This document shows, piece after piece, positions 13,512 through 26,479 of a DNA stretch of 64,000 bases. Source of the DNA: Octopus vulgaris (lineage: Eukaryota). Made by a program: the position numbers and the translations under genes. The number at the start of each line of letters is the position of its first letter. Positions within the stretch are counted from its first letter, which is position 1. The notes below the pieces were generated by a model. It was not told where the DNA came from. It did no database searches and was given only the letters and a program-made list of their open reading frames with translations. The stretch spans positions 66,030,001 to 66,094,000 of the forward strand of contig OX597823.1 of the NCBI GenBank assembly GCA_951406725.2. The letters run 5' to 3'.

Positions 13512-14851
13512 TTGTTGGGTTAATCCGATGAGCTGAGGCTAAAGTTTGCAAGATTATATATCTGTCCTTCCTATTTCAATAGGAGAAATTTATCGAGACA
13601 CTTGCATCTTGTGAAAATTTCCGATCCTGTCACCTGATCAATAGAGTTCATTCAGCTATGCAAAACCTGTGTCCCCTTGAGTTTGTACAGCATAGATCGC
13701 ACTGCGTTGTTTTACGTGACTGAGTAAAAGTGGGTATTTTGGGCCTTCAGGTTCCAGATGTGTCTTACTATTTTCATTCTTGTCTACGAACTAGAAGGAA
13801 CATGATATTAGACGTATCTATTTTCAATATCACTTTCATATAGAGAAATATAATTTCTCCCTTTAATATTTATTATCTGGTAGCACTGAGAGGACCACGT
13901 CCGTTTATACAACTCAGCTGCATATGCATGTTTGATCAGCTGTTCAAATGCCTGGGATACTGCAATGAGCGGCTGTAAATATTTCCTTTATGCAGCACTA
14001 GAGCAGTGGATAAATATCAACAGTGCCATAGACAGGTTTATGAATAGAAAGAACAAGTATGGAGCTTCATCCATACAATTCAATGATGTAGATTTTATCC
14101 TTCGGTACCAAGACACTTGCTGAATAAGGCAAGTGAGTTTCTCTAACAAACATGCTATCACAAGCAAATATGCCAAGCAGAATTTGCATTTATAACATGC
14201 TTGTGCAAAAATCTCATCTTTAATAGCGATTCATCATGAGCACAAAATCCGAATCAGAAATAATGTTTGCGTACCAATGGATTTATATCATAGTGCCGAG
14301 ATATGTGATTTTATAGGTTTCTTATATCAGATATCTTAACATCTAAGTTCCTCTCCTATCATATCGATGATGTTGTATTATGCGTATCGTATGTATGTGA
14401 TACCAATATCTCGGTACATCTGGTAAAAGTCTCCCCTCTATTTTTAGCAAATTAAGCCACAAAATCATAGTAACCACAAACCTCACTAAATTGAAGACTT
14501 GTACGTTTCTCTAAACCTTGGCTTACAGTTTATAACAAACCACATGTCCAATAAAACGTTTGTACTAAATCATTCAAGCCACTCGTTTATTGTTTGTAAA
14601 ATCTTTATAGCCAATATTAATAATATCTCAACCTTTAAGGAAATATCAGAGAAAATTACCCCTTAAAATAAGATCGCACTTTTCCATCTGCAACTTCAAA
14701 GGTAGAAAATTTACATTCCAACCGTTAGATGAAGACACGTAAAAATTGAGTTCGGGAGATTATAATGCTCACCAAACTTTCACTTCCTGCATTAAGAAAA
14801 CCATTGGTGTAATATCTTTCTGAGCCTAGAGAAAGAATCGCTTCAGGGATA

Positions 14852-15266
14852 GCCGCGGGTGAGTGGCTGTGTGGTAGGTAGCTTGCTTACCAACCACATG
14901 GTTCCAGGTTCAGTCCCACTGCGTGGCACCTTGGGAGAATGTCAACTACTGGAGCCTCGGGCTGACCAAAGCCTTGTGAGTGGATTGGTAGACGGAAACT
15001 GAATGAAGCCTGTAGTATATATGTATATATATGTATGTGTGTGTATATGTTTGCGTGCCTGCGTCTGTCCCCTCAACATCGCTTGGCAACCGATGCTGGT
15101 GTGTTTACGTCCCCGTAACATAGCGGCTCGCCAAAAGAGACCGATAGAATAAGTACTAGGCTTACAAAGAATAAATCCTGAGGTCGATTTGCTCGACTAA
15201 AGGCGGTGCTCCAGCATGGCCACGATCAAATGACTGAAACAAGTAAAAGAGTAGAAGAATAAAAGA
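14852..15266 (+). mobile_element. tRNA-derived SINE family A, near full length
   Basis: A-box-like TGGCTGTGTGG and B-box-like GGTTCAGTCCC, conserved central block, internal (TA/TG)n, 3' tail CCAGCATGGCC..AATGACTGAAACAAGTAAAAGA shared with other copies in the window. Confidence 0.9.
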
Positions 15267-16211
15267 AATTTCTATGAATATTTTTTAGAACTGCTAACCT
15301 AACATCCGAAACCTTAGTTACATGTATGTCACACTAGGCAAACACTCCAAAATGTAATTATAAGAATCCCAATAATTGCCAACGGAACCAGCCATGTATG
15401 AATAGCCTCGTTGCCAACAAAGCCAGGGTTATCTCCACCTTAACAAATAGGGAAACTGAAAAGAAAAATATATTAACGTATGTGAAATTGACTTTGAAAT
15501 AAATATGCCTACCACCAGTCTTATATCCGGCATATAGACACGAATAAAACCACTCAGCAGGCTAGCTCCGTCTAGGAATTATAGACTAATGATGCATTGC
15601 TCAAGTTCGAGTAGCGAATTTAAATCTATGTGCGCCATACATCAAATGGTCCAGAATATGTAGGAGTTGTATTGCCGCAAGAACTCGTATCCGTTTTAAA
15701 TCTAAGAATTCCAATGACCTACTAACGAGATCAGAAATTTTCAGAAGGTGGGAGACAAAATTCAACAATCTAACTGAATAAATCCCAATCTCCGGATTAG
15801 GCAAATACTCAAACAAACTTTAAACGTTTCCCATAGAATTAACGACACCATCGACTGTGAATTTATATACAAACTTTATCAATATTCTCCCAGAAACAGA
15901 TCAAAGTGACACAATTCTTATATGCCTTCCCTTTCAAAATGGCCTATATTTTATTTTATTTTATTCGTTATTTCCTTTTCTCTTGAATTTTGAGGTTTCT
16001 TTTCGCTTTTCTCTGGGAATAACAAGAATAACGATGTTTATTCTGATTGTAGGATAGTATACAATACACTAAACATACCAATCGGATTACTAGATAATCT
16101 GTGCATGTAAATGATAGTAGCTTACGTTTAAATCCAGTATTTATAACATGTTACTTTTTCGCTGGATACAGTACTTTTTGTTGATACCTTACAACTAACC
16201 TAACACTAAAG

Positions 16212-16301
<90 letters not shown>

Positions 16302-16340
16302 CTATCTATCTATCTATCTATCTATATATATATATATGTA

Positions 16341-16681
16341 GGTGCAGGAGTAGCTATGTGGTAAGTAGTTTGCTTCCCAACCACATGGTTCCGGGTTTAA
16401 TCCCTCTGCGTGGCACCTTGAGCAAATAACTTCTACTATAGCCACGGGCCAACCAAAGATTCGTGAGTGGATTTGATAGACGGAAACTGAAAGAAACCCG
16501 TCGTATATATATATGGGGGGGCTGGGGTGTTTGTCCCCCACCATCGATTGACAACAGCTTGACTCATAGAATAAATACTAGGTTTACAAAGAAGAAGCCC
16601 TAGGGTTGATTTGTTCGACTAAAGGCAGTGCTCCAGCATAGCTGAAGTCAAATGACAGAAACAAATAAAAGATTAAAAGAA
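16341..16681 (+). mobile_element. tRNA-derived SINE family A, internal deletion
   Basis: Same head, central block and tail as the 14852 copy, preceded by (TATC)n(TA)n. Confidence 0.9.
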
Positions 16682-17174
16682 TATATATATGCGTACACAC
16701 ATATAAATATATACACGCACACATACATATGGATAGATAGATAGAGAGAGAGAGTGTGGTGGCAGAGATTTAAATCTTAGAGCAAAATGAATTTACTCTA
16801 GATATATTGTTGTACAGGAAATTTCATATAAATATTTTCACCTAAATGTTACACCGAACTGATGAATACATAATATTCCGTTATTCTGTTTTAAACAGAA
16901 ACAACAGGTTAAATCTATCTCAGTTACATGTCCTGAAACATTCAAATGAGTGAGCTAATTATGCATCGACAGGAATGTGACGTCAGTATGATTAATTCAT
17001 AACATCGGGTCTGGGCTTTTACGTATGTATGAGTAATTAAAGGCGCAATATGCCTATTTTTGATTTAGCATCTTTCAATAAAGTTGTTTATTTATAGAAT
17101 ATAATTTATAGAAACAATATTCAGTATAATTATATTGCCATCAGTTAAACCGATGTCTACATATTAATTCTTTG

Positions 17175-17210
<36 letters not shown>

Positions 17211-17217
<7 letters not shown>

Positions 17218-18033
17218 GGATGACCACTAAGTGGATATCCACTATGCTAGAGGTAGACCCCATATGGTCTGACCACTAAGAAAAGAGTGTTCTCAATAAA
17301 GTTCAGTAAACGCCAGAACGTAAGCGAGCAAGACACATGAAAAGATACAAAATATACAGATTAATTACAAACCCGGTTTCGTTGTTACCACTTACATAAA
17401 TGTTCGCAATTCATCAGTGTGATCGTATAAGCAAAATATAATTTGCAGAACTACACACGAGAAGTCCGCATGAGATTGAACATGCATATAGTTCTACCAA
17501 TTAAATTCGAGGTTATATTTCAAAAGTCTTCGTTTGGGCGCACCAAAATACTCGAAATAATTCTGCAGAAAATAATTCTCTACGGTGAATTTTGCCGGTT
17601 AGAGATCATGGTTATTTAAATTTAAATAATAAGGGTGAAAAATCGAACATTAATTTGATTAATATCAATTTAAAACCAGTTGCCTAGCATATTAAAAAAT
17701 CTGAACATTCAGAAAATTATATTCCATACATATAAGAGTGATAACCACTAAATGGACATCCATCCGTGTTTGTGATTAATTTTTATATTTTGTATCTTTT
17801 CATTTGTCTTGCTCGCTTACGTTCTGGCGTTTGCTGAATTCTCTTGAGAACCATCTTTTCTTTGTGGTCAGACAATATGGGGTCTACCTATAGCATAATA
17901 GATGTCCACTTAGTGGTCATCCCACTTATATGTATGTAATAAAATTTTTCTGAATCTTCAAATTTTTCAATATGCTAAGCCACTGGTTTTAAATTGATCT
18001 TAATCAAATTTATATTCAGTTTTCCACCCTTAT

Positions 18034-18038
<5 letters not shown>
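17211..18038. mobile_element. Hammerhead-bearing non-autonomous element (retrozyme/PLE-like): more than one ~521-bp monomer on the minus strand plus a head-to-head inverted partial copy
   Basis: ACCACTAA.TGGA.ATCCA recurs at 17223 and 17744 (offset 521). 17765-17928 is the reverse complement of 17214-17376, and 17900-18038 of 17626-17762. (TA)n tracts lie on both flanks. Confidence 0.75.
17364..17423 (-). ncRNA. Hammerhead ribozyme motif (type I, near-palindromic helix III)
   Basis: Minus strand: AUCACA-CUGAUGA-AUUG...CAUUUA UG UAAGUG...CAAC-GAAA-CCGGGU-U-UGUAAU. Core intact, one mismatch in helix I, A.C at the base of helix II. Confidence 0.7.
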
Positions 18039-18091
<53 letters not shown>

Positions 18092-18699
18092 TAACATTTG
18101 AAAATAGTATATCTAATTTTAATAGTCTTTGGTACATATGCCATTTTCAAACTGGGAATAGTTATTCGCATTACATATCAAGGGGAAGATTATTGCAGTT
18201 ATTTTCACCTCAGATATTAAAAAAATATATTAGAATATTTAACGTAAATGCTCGCAAGCATTTCAAATTGAAACTTATGTTTTCTGTTGACAAATGATAA
18301 CGAAATGAATAAAAGTTGAGAATTAGCACTCGAACATTTTCAAAATATTTGTAATATGAGCACGGTGACATGCGTTCCATTCAGATGATGTATCGATGTA
18401 TAGAGCTGGCTATGCTTTGAAACTTATTGAAACAAAAAGAATTAATTCAAAAGTGATAGTATATACTAACAAGAAAGAGCGAAACAAACGATCTCCCGAA
18501 AGGCTGCAGTCCATATTTATAAAGGACTCCGGACTACGAAGAATTATGCCATAAATCTAGACTTAAATACTTCGTGTCAATAAGCGTATAATAATAATCA
18601 TTATTAGTCATTCAATTCCAACCATTAAGGGCATCTGCATAGATACAGCAGCCAGATGTTCGTCCAACGTTGCATTTAATAAAAGAATATAGTATAATG

Positions 18700-19130
18700 T
18701 ACTTTCAGATAGAAAATACTTGAATACAGACGCATAGGCCCCATTGATGACAGGCCTCAAATCACCTGTCTGCTTTATAATGTTGGACATTTTCAAGAAT
18801 AATGGGGAAATATATACAAAATGTATCTAAAAGAGGAACTTTCAGACGAATAAATGAACTTCATTAGAAGAAATATCAGAAATTTTGAATGGTATAGTAT
18901 TTCAATTCATTTCATCATGTGACTCAATTCAAATATTTGTTTGGACAGGTGCCATGTAATAATGTTGCGGCTCTGATTTACAAACTATATCAACAAATCT
19001 CCAAACAGACATCAAGACTCCAAGAAAAGCTCTCATTCAGATGTCCTTAACTCCATACCATATTTCCTTTAATGCTTGCATTAATTACATTTTCCGGCTT
19101 AGTCTAATGATTCCTCAGTACATAGTATTA
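18700..19130 (-). pseudogene. Probable piggyBac-type transposase remnant
   Basis: Minus-strand peptides KEIWYGVKDI*MRAFLGVLM..KSEPQHYY and GDLRPVINGAYASVFKYF resemble the piggyBac motifs W..V...EM.AF.G.L..P..YW and KIRPLI, in the correct order, with stops and frameshifts. Confidence 0.5.
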
Positions 19131-19973
19131 ACATCAAACAATAGCTTGATATTCTGATTGCAACCAAACAAAGGTAATTTTCATAGTGCCATTTCTATGA
19201 TGAAATATCGATTACAGTATGTATCTATTCTAAAGTTGCAGACACTGCAAACTACATAAGATTTCCAGGGATGACTTTTTAAAACGTTAATTATGAACAT
19301 AATACATGTCAAAATATCCTTTCATTGATAATGACAACGACATTTAAATATCACTTTCGGCAAATATTCGTATGGTTCAAAATATTCCCCACTAATATTT
19401 AGTTCATGTTAGGCAAGTCCCAAATGCTTGATCATATAATATTTTATGCTGCTGATCGAGTCAGTGCATTGTGATCGTATTAGATTTATGTAGATGGGGC
19501 ACAGTTTTAGCGGGATAGAACAAAATTATTTTTAATGTGTTACCCTCTATAATATGGTGAGCCAAAATGATATAAATGAATTACCATTGCACCTCACGTA
19601 AGTAGTAACAATTATTAACTTGAAGAGTGACAAATCGAACATTTTAAGAACAGCTTAGAGGATAATAGCTTCAGTGCAAATAGGTTTTGAAATATTGTAA
19701 GGATACAGATAAAGATGTGTCGGTATTAAGGTAGTATCGACACTAGATTTGAGATTAACAGTCACGAAGTTTTTATATCCCCGAATAAATTCTTTACAAG
19801 TCATGATACGCACATTTTTTTTCTTTGTTAATTTTTAATGAACTGATACGGATTACACTCGGAGACCTCGAAGTAAAATCGTTAAAAGACATTTAGACAG
19901 CCTGAAATAGAAAAGTCAAAGCAGTAATTGCAAATGACACACACTCACACAGACGCACACACACACACGCCCC

Positions 19974-20022
<49 letters not shown>

Positions 20023-20112
20023 TATATATATGTATATATATATATATGTGTGTGTATTATGTAAATATATGTACCTATCTATCTATCTATCTCAATATAT
20101 ATATATATATAT

Positions 20113-20190
<78 letters not shown>

Positions 20191-20214
20191 ATATATATGT
20201 ATGTATATATATAC

Positions 20215-20258
<44 letters not shown>

Positions 20259-20427
20259 GAGAGTATTGTAGTTCGCTTGAAGCATTGTATTGTTTTGAGA
20301 ATATAACGTGTCTTGAATGGCACAACAGACCTAGGGCAGATATGAATAGCATATAGGAACCCGTATTAAGGAAGGATAGGACAATATTAGATATATAAGC
20401 CCCACAATTCACTCCCTAGCTGCCCAC

Positions 20428-20560
20428 GGGTATATGGCGTTGTGGTTAAGAGCGAGGGCTACTAAGATTCCGAATTCGATTCCAGGCAGTGACCTGAAAA
20501 ATAATAATGATAATAATAGTAATAATAATAACAACAGCAACAACAACAACAATAATAATA
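20428..20560 (+). mobile_element. tRNA-derived head followed by (TAA/CAA)n
   Basis: GGGTATATGGCGTTGTGGTTAAGAGCG (A box) ... GAATTCGATTCC (B-box-like) ... GACC. No intact cloverleaf, so not a tRNA gene. Confidence 0.6.
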
Positions 20561-22151
20561 TCTTTATCTCTGCAACCACATAGATTAGTAAGATTATCTG
20601 TGCCTATGATATGGTGAGAGGGATTATCATTTATAAGATGGTTGTCCGTATTTTTAGAGGGCGAGTTATTTGGAAGACCGCTTATTTTATCAATCGATTG
20701 ATGTTATTCTTTAGTGTTATTCTTCCTAGTTTCGTAGAAGGAGTCTAGCCTTTTATTTTTTTCTTACATCAAGCATGCGTGAGAATATATAGTGTTAATA
20801 TTTGTGGCTTCGGTGTGTTTTCTCTCCTATGTTTAGCAATTCATGTGTTTAAAAGAGCGTCCTTGTCATATGCAATTTTTTCATATATATATATATATGC
20901 ATCTCTCTCCCTCCCTCCCTCTCTCTCTATATATTATGTATGTATAGATAGGTGGATAGGTAGAAAGTTACATACATATATATATGCTTATAAATATACG
21001 GACGTATGTACACGTGTATATAAATATATACATGTATGTATATATGCGTAAATATATGTATGTTTATGTCTATGTCTGTGTGTCTCTGTGTATTCGTGTG
21101 TATATACAATGTCAAAACTTAGAATAAACGCCTATATATGGCATTATATCATTTACATGATTTACAAAATATGTTGTATAAGGAAGAAAGAAAATATAAT
21201 TAGCGAAGTGAAAATATATTCATATATTTCACCGGCAGAAAATTCACCGACTGATCAATGCTGTACAATTTCTATAGTGCGTACCCATGGAATATTGCAC
21301 ATATGACAAGTAGAAATCATTACGAAGCCATAAAATAAACATCAATATATTGAAGTTAGAGGCGTAGAAGCTCTGAATCTTTTCTTCATAATAAGTGTCA
21401 AATCTGCTAATCTTTTAGCCATACCCCATATTTCAGAGCATGGCGATATTAATAACAAAAAATAACGTTAAGTCCGCTTAGTATTAGCGTGGTACAAGGA
21501 GTGGGAGGAAAGAAGTTTATGAGATCTAGATTGATAATATTTAGAAACGCGAGAGGGTGATAGTTATACAGAGATTAGTATAGAAAAGAAGAAGTATGGT
21601 TAAAACAGAAAATAGAGAAAAAAATACAGAAAAAATTTTGTAAGGGCTATAGTTAGTTAGAAAGAATCAGGCTAGTTAAGACAAGTCATAAATCAAAAGT
21701 GTTTGATGAAAAGTATATTAGAGACTAGATATCAAACGGCGTTCATAAATAGGAATGAGAGAAAGTAACAACCCAGCAACAAATCGTTAGAGAGTGGCAG
21801 ATGATCGTTTTGGTGGTTTTAATGTAAGATATATAGACAATATAAGGCACTAGCAGTAATACAAATGTAAAGGATAGAATAGGAAATGACGAAAAAAAGG
21901 AATAACATCTAAAATCGGAAAATGCGATGATGGGGCTATAAATATGAATAGTATATAACTATATATAGAACATTTATCTATCCTAAGTGTCATAAGAAGG
22001 AAAACATATTTTACTTCTATTTAGGTTTAGTTTATACACACAATCGTGATGAAGAAGGGTATCTCAAAAGGTAGGAGGAAGATGTTAGGTAAAATTATTG
22101 ATTTGTAGTTCTTCAAGGGGATAGGAGCATATGAGCTGATTGTATAATGTA

Positions 22152-22610
22152 TTGGCTTGTCCGGAAAGTTCGTGCCGATTTTTAAAGGAAAGACAAAGGT
22201 CAATAAATATTTGCCATTACATTTTTAATTAACCAAATATGAACCATTTTGTTGCACAATGCATCTCCATCTTTCCTTTAACTTGAAAATTACCCTCTTC
22301 CCAGAATTGAGGTGGTTTCATGACAAAAAAGTCATCAAGGTATCTTTTTACGTCATCCAAAGAATTGAAATTTTTACCATTAAGACTATTCTGCAGAGAT
22401 CTGAATAAGTGGGAATCCGAAGGAGCTATATCTACTGAATATGGAGGGTGGGGTAACACATCCAAGCCGAGCTGCAGAAATTTTGGTATGGTTCCCAAAG
22501 AAACGTGCGGTCATGCATTATCCTGTTGGAAAACAATAACCTTCCTTTTGGCCAATTCTGGACGTTTCTCTTGAATTGCAGCTTTTAACTCGTCCAGTTG
22601 TGTGCAGCAT
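22152..22610 (-). mobile_element. mariner transposon 3' remnant with TIR
   Basis: Peptides KRPELAKRKVIVFQQDNA*PH and LPHPPYSVDIAPSDSHLFRSLQNSLNGKNF (YSPDLAPSD motif of the DD34D domain). TA followed by TTGGCTTGTCCGGAAAGTTCGTGCCGATTT TIR at 22152. Confidence 0.92.
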
Positions 22611-25600
22611 CATTTATCATCCCCCTTAATCTTTGATTGTAGTTTTTTTTCTTATTTTCTCACTGTTATTCAATACTAGCGTTTAGTAGAAGAATCGCAG
22701 TAATTTTACTGGCCCCGATAGTTTGTTTCCGTTTTGCTTTTAATCTACTAATCGCATCAACATTTTCGGAAGACATCTCATTCCTTCGCAGTCATTAGTA
22801 TCAATAAATGAATTTAACAAAAGTATTTCTTTGTTTATGATACTGTAGTACTTGGTTTGATAAAGATTTGCTAACTTTGCTAATTGTAGTTAACGCGTTA
22901 ACTCAAATTTTTTGTTAATTTGCAAAACCTCCAAATTATTGCAGAAATTTCTAGTTCTTCTAAGAATATTAGCTGGTGAACAGAGTATGACGATAAGGTA
23001 AGGCATGGTCCTAAATGCTAAACTATACATTAGATTCACTGTGTGTATTCTAATTTAAAATGTCAGTGCTACTTTTCTCCAACACCTAGAAACACAGAAC
23101 CTGCAAATATACAACCTACCAAATAACTGGATAGATATTTTTACCAAGACACCACCAATGTAACGTAATTTTTTTCAAGACTACCATATAATAATTTCCT
23201 GTAAACACATAATAGTAAAAGTTTCTAAACATAATTTCAGAGATATATAAAATAGAACCAGGGCGCAATATATATTCTTTGTATTTTACATTAATCTGTC
23301 TTTAGTTAAAATGTTTGACAAAAAAAATGTGTTTTTCGGGGAATCTTTTAGAATGTAACTACAAACATCGTTCGTTTATTCTGTTTATAATTCAATTGTC
23401 TCGTTTACGATATTGTGTAGTGTAACATATTTTATTTAATAAGGAAATTAATTTTCTAACAATCTAGATATCAAAATTGCTTGAAGCTTTAGAGTAAATT
23501 CGACAAAATAAAAGAAGTATAAATGTTGGAAATGTTCACAAAAGAAATCTTATACAAAACCAAATCTGCATTATCTAATTAGGACTTATATCAATAGAAT
23601 TAACTGCTCAATTTGAATTCAACATGTAGACATATGGAAATCGATATATTCTATAATTATTTTACATAGAAAAGTAGGAATTTGAATATTGTTAATTCCT
23701 AACGACATATCAAAATATGTTGCATATTTTAATATTTTAATCATGCGAAATTTGCACTTCAACAGTAGAGGAATGCAAGAACATGTACGTGTTAAATAAA
23801 GAAAAGCCATATTTTCGGTATATACTAAAATCTTTTGCGCTCTAATTTTAAACATTGCGGAGGTTAAGTTTCCATTTCTTGCTTCCTTAAAAATTAAAAT
23901 GACTACTAGTGGGAAACTAGAGTCATTTCAGTCTAATGAGGTTTCTTACCTACAAATTAGTGGTTTTATATAAATGCATCACATTGCCAACAGTTTCCTC
24001 CTAAACCAGTGAAAATAAAGAACAGCAGACTCCAAACCCTACAAACATAAACTTCATGGTTATCAGGACATGTCAGTACTTACTAAAGACAGACCTATGA
24101 CTGAAGATTCCAACCATGACAATTCTGTATATTTTCAAGTAGAATAAGCCTTGGACCATATTCTCCAAAGCATCATGTTTTAAATACGATAAGGTGTTCA
24201 AAAAAGATATTAATTATCTGCTGTATTTAGTAGCATTATTGACCATACAAAGTCTCTCTGTCTCATTTGTAGACCTCGTCTAGTAAGACCTGGGCGCTAC
24301 ATTCTTCGATATCAGTAATGTAGTGAGGTTAATTCCCTTGATCATCCCAAATCTATGTATTATTTGAGTTATGTACAAATTAATAATAATTATACTGTGC
24401 GGAGGGGTAAAGTCGCAGAAATATCGTAACTCTGAAACTTTCCTGGTATAATATTTCATCGCGTTTAACAGTTTCCTTTACTTTCATATTGTATTTTACG
24501 TAATATGGTGCTATCGATGACATGTTTTCAAGGGGTTAGCTACCGACACACTGCATTTCTGAAACTTACCATTATCTGTGTATATCGGTGTGATTTTACT
24601 CAAAGGTTCTCTCAGCGACGTTTGCATTTTTCAGTAATAGACAACGATAAAAGGAGCACATATCACGCACAAAACACATAGACATATTTGACTAAAAATG
24701 CATTGATTAACAGAAGAAGATATTTGACTAAATTTTCGTGCTGTAGTAACGCACATCAAACCGTAGGACTGTGGAACAAACTTTATCGCTAACGAGATAT
24801 CTTTTTGCACAGAAATATTCTATCAAGGATGACAGCGAAAATTCCATGGTTGATGAAATGTATAGCACCTATGTATTCGCAATAAACCAAATCAATCAAA
24901 CCAGTCCATAAATTAGGCATGGTCTTTTGCCACCGAAAGCAATCAGTTATAACGTTAACCATAAAGAGTGAAATGGGGAGTATTTTATATTACCAGATTA
25001 AACACCCTGACCACGCGGTATTTAATTATGACCTTTTTCATTATGGGAATATCTTGACAGTCAGTTTCAGCAGGTGTGTGTATGGTTCTATATAATAATT
25101 CTGAGATCAAACCGAAATACTATCACCTTTCACAACACATTTGAGGTTCAGTGCAACAAAGAGAATCAATATTTAAATTATCTGGCGGCATACACTGTAG
25201 ATCAAGAAGGAAGATCACAACGGAATAGACAGCAATGTAACGTAATAATCGATACCAGTCAATTTCCTTTTCACTCACTTTCACTCACTGATCTTCGTCA
25301 TATCATATACATACAATATTCGAACTGTACCTAGTATGTATGATATGACATCTTGGTTCATTCGAAATAAATTTACATTAATTTGGTTTGCTTGTTAGAG
25401 TAGGGCTTAAGCAACCAGTGAGCTGATAATCAGATTTAATTTCTCTATACTTGAGGGGATTATAATTCATCGATATTACTCTCTGTTATTTCGATTGTCT
25501 CAACAGGTAATTGAACAATACACTCTTTTATTTTCGTCCACCATATCTTTGTTTGATACTTAGTTATTATCAGTATAAAAATTTCTGTAGTTTTGTAATA

Positions 25601-25961
25601 TGATTGTGCCCTTTTGTTCTTATGCATTCACGAGGAAAAGCAGTCTCCTGCGGAAAAACGCCATCACAAGCGCTATGGCTCTCACATCAACAAGGCACAA
25701 GTAAATGAATAAATGCTTTATTGCACAATTGCATTTATAATCCGGGCACTAAGGGAACATTGAACAGACATCATAAATATGAGTTTTTCCTACTCAGTTT
25801 ATCAACATCACATTTAATGAATGTATTTATCTCATCTGCACTATCGTCCACATGATTGCGAATCATCATCTTTCTATTTTACTATGTTTTCAGAGATAAG
25901 TTTGATATAACAATATTACGAGTACCCCAAATAGTATGAATTATCAAAAGGTATTTTTAGC

Positions 25962-25962
<1 letters not shown>

Positions 25963-26019
<57 letters not shown>
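25963..26019. repeat. (TAA)n microsatellite, insertion target of the adjacent R4/Dong copy
   Basis: Direct read. Confidence 0.95.
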
Positions 26020-26341
26020 GCTACCTAACTCAGATACCAGGAAACCCAAAAATGGCAGAAGTTCAAAAGATAGTGCTCATGGGAACTGCTCATATCCTAC
26101 GCAAAATACTCTCTATGTAATCTCAAGGTTTAAAACAAACATAATTTTCGGTTTAAAAAAAAAAAAAAAAAAAAAAAAACTTTTTTTTTTTAGACATTCA
26201 TTAGTACAACATCCCCACCCCCCAAATATATGGCACACTAGGCATAACAACAACATGAACTTCCAACCCTGTTGTCTCTTGAGGTCTCTGGGTGAGACTT
26301 GGAGCCAACTTGTACAAATATAAAGCAAAAGTCAAACATAG
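26020..26341 (+). mobile_element. R4/Dong-clade non-LTR retrotransposon, extreme 3' end plus 3' UTR
   Basis: 26022-26120 encodes YLTQIPGNPKMAEVQKIVLMGTAHILRKILSM*, homologous to the C-terminus of the 42245-42631 ORF. TAA repeats on both sides. Confidence 0.88.
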
Positions 26342-26479
26342 AATAATAATAATAATAATGATGATGATGATGATGATGATCATGATGATCATGATCATGA
26401 TCATGATGATCATGTTGATGGTGATGATGATAATTATGATGATGATGATGATTATGATTATGATAATTATAATAATAAA

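Noticed and set aside
13960-13985. TAAHC trypsin-like motif in one minus frame
   Set aside because: It is surrounded by stops, with no upstream CGG or downstream GDSGG context.
19928-20412. Overlapping ORFs of [12 protein letters not shown] type (also near 10.5, 12.3, 39.7, 51.1, 55.4, 59.9 and 62.3 kb)
   Set aside because: They are translations of stop-free (TA)n, (TG)n and (ATT)n microsatellites, not genes.
21380-22140. Purine-rich stretch possibly derived from a LINE endonuclease (similar AT-rich stretch at 43110-44190)
   Set aside because: Only a vague GGFN-like motif is visible, which cannot be supported without a search.
24560-24640. Minus-strand ATG|GTAAGT splice-donor-like site
   Set aside because: A single consensus match with no linked exons, expected by chance in 64 kb.
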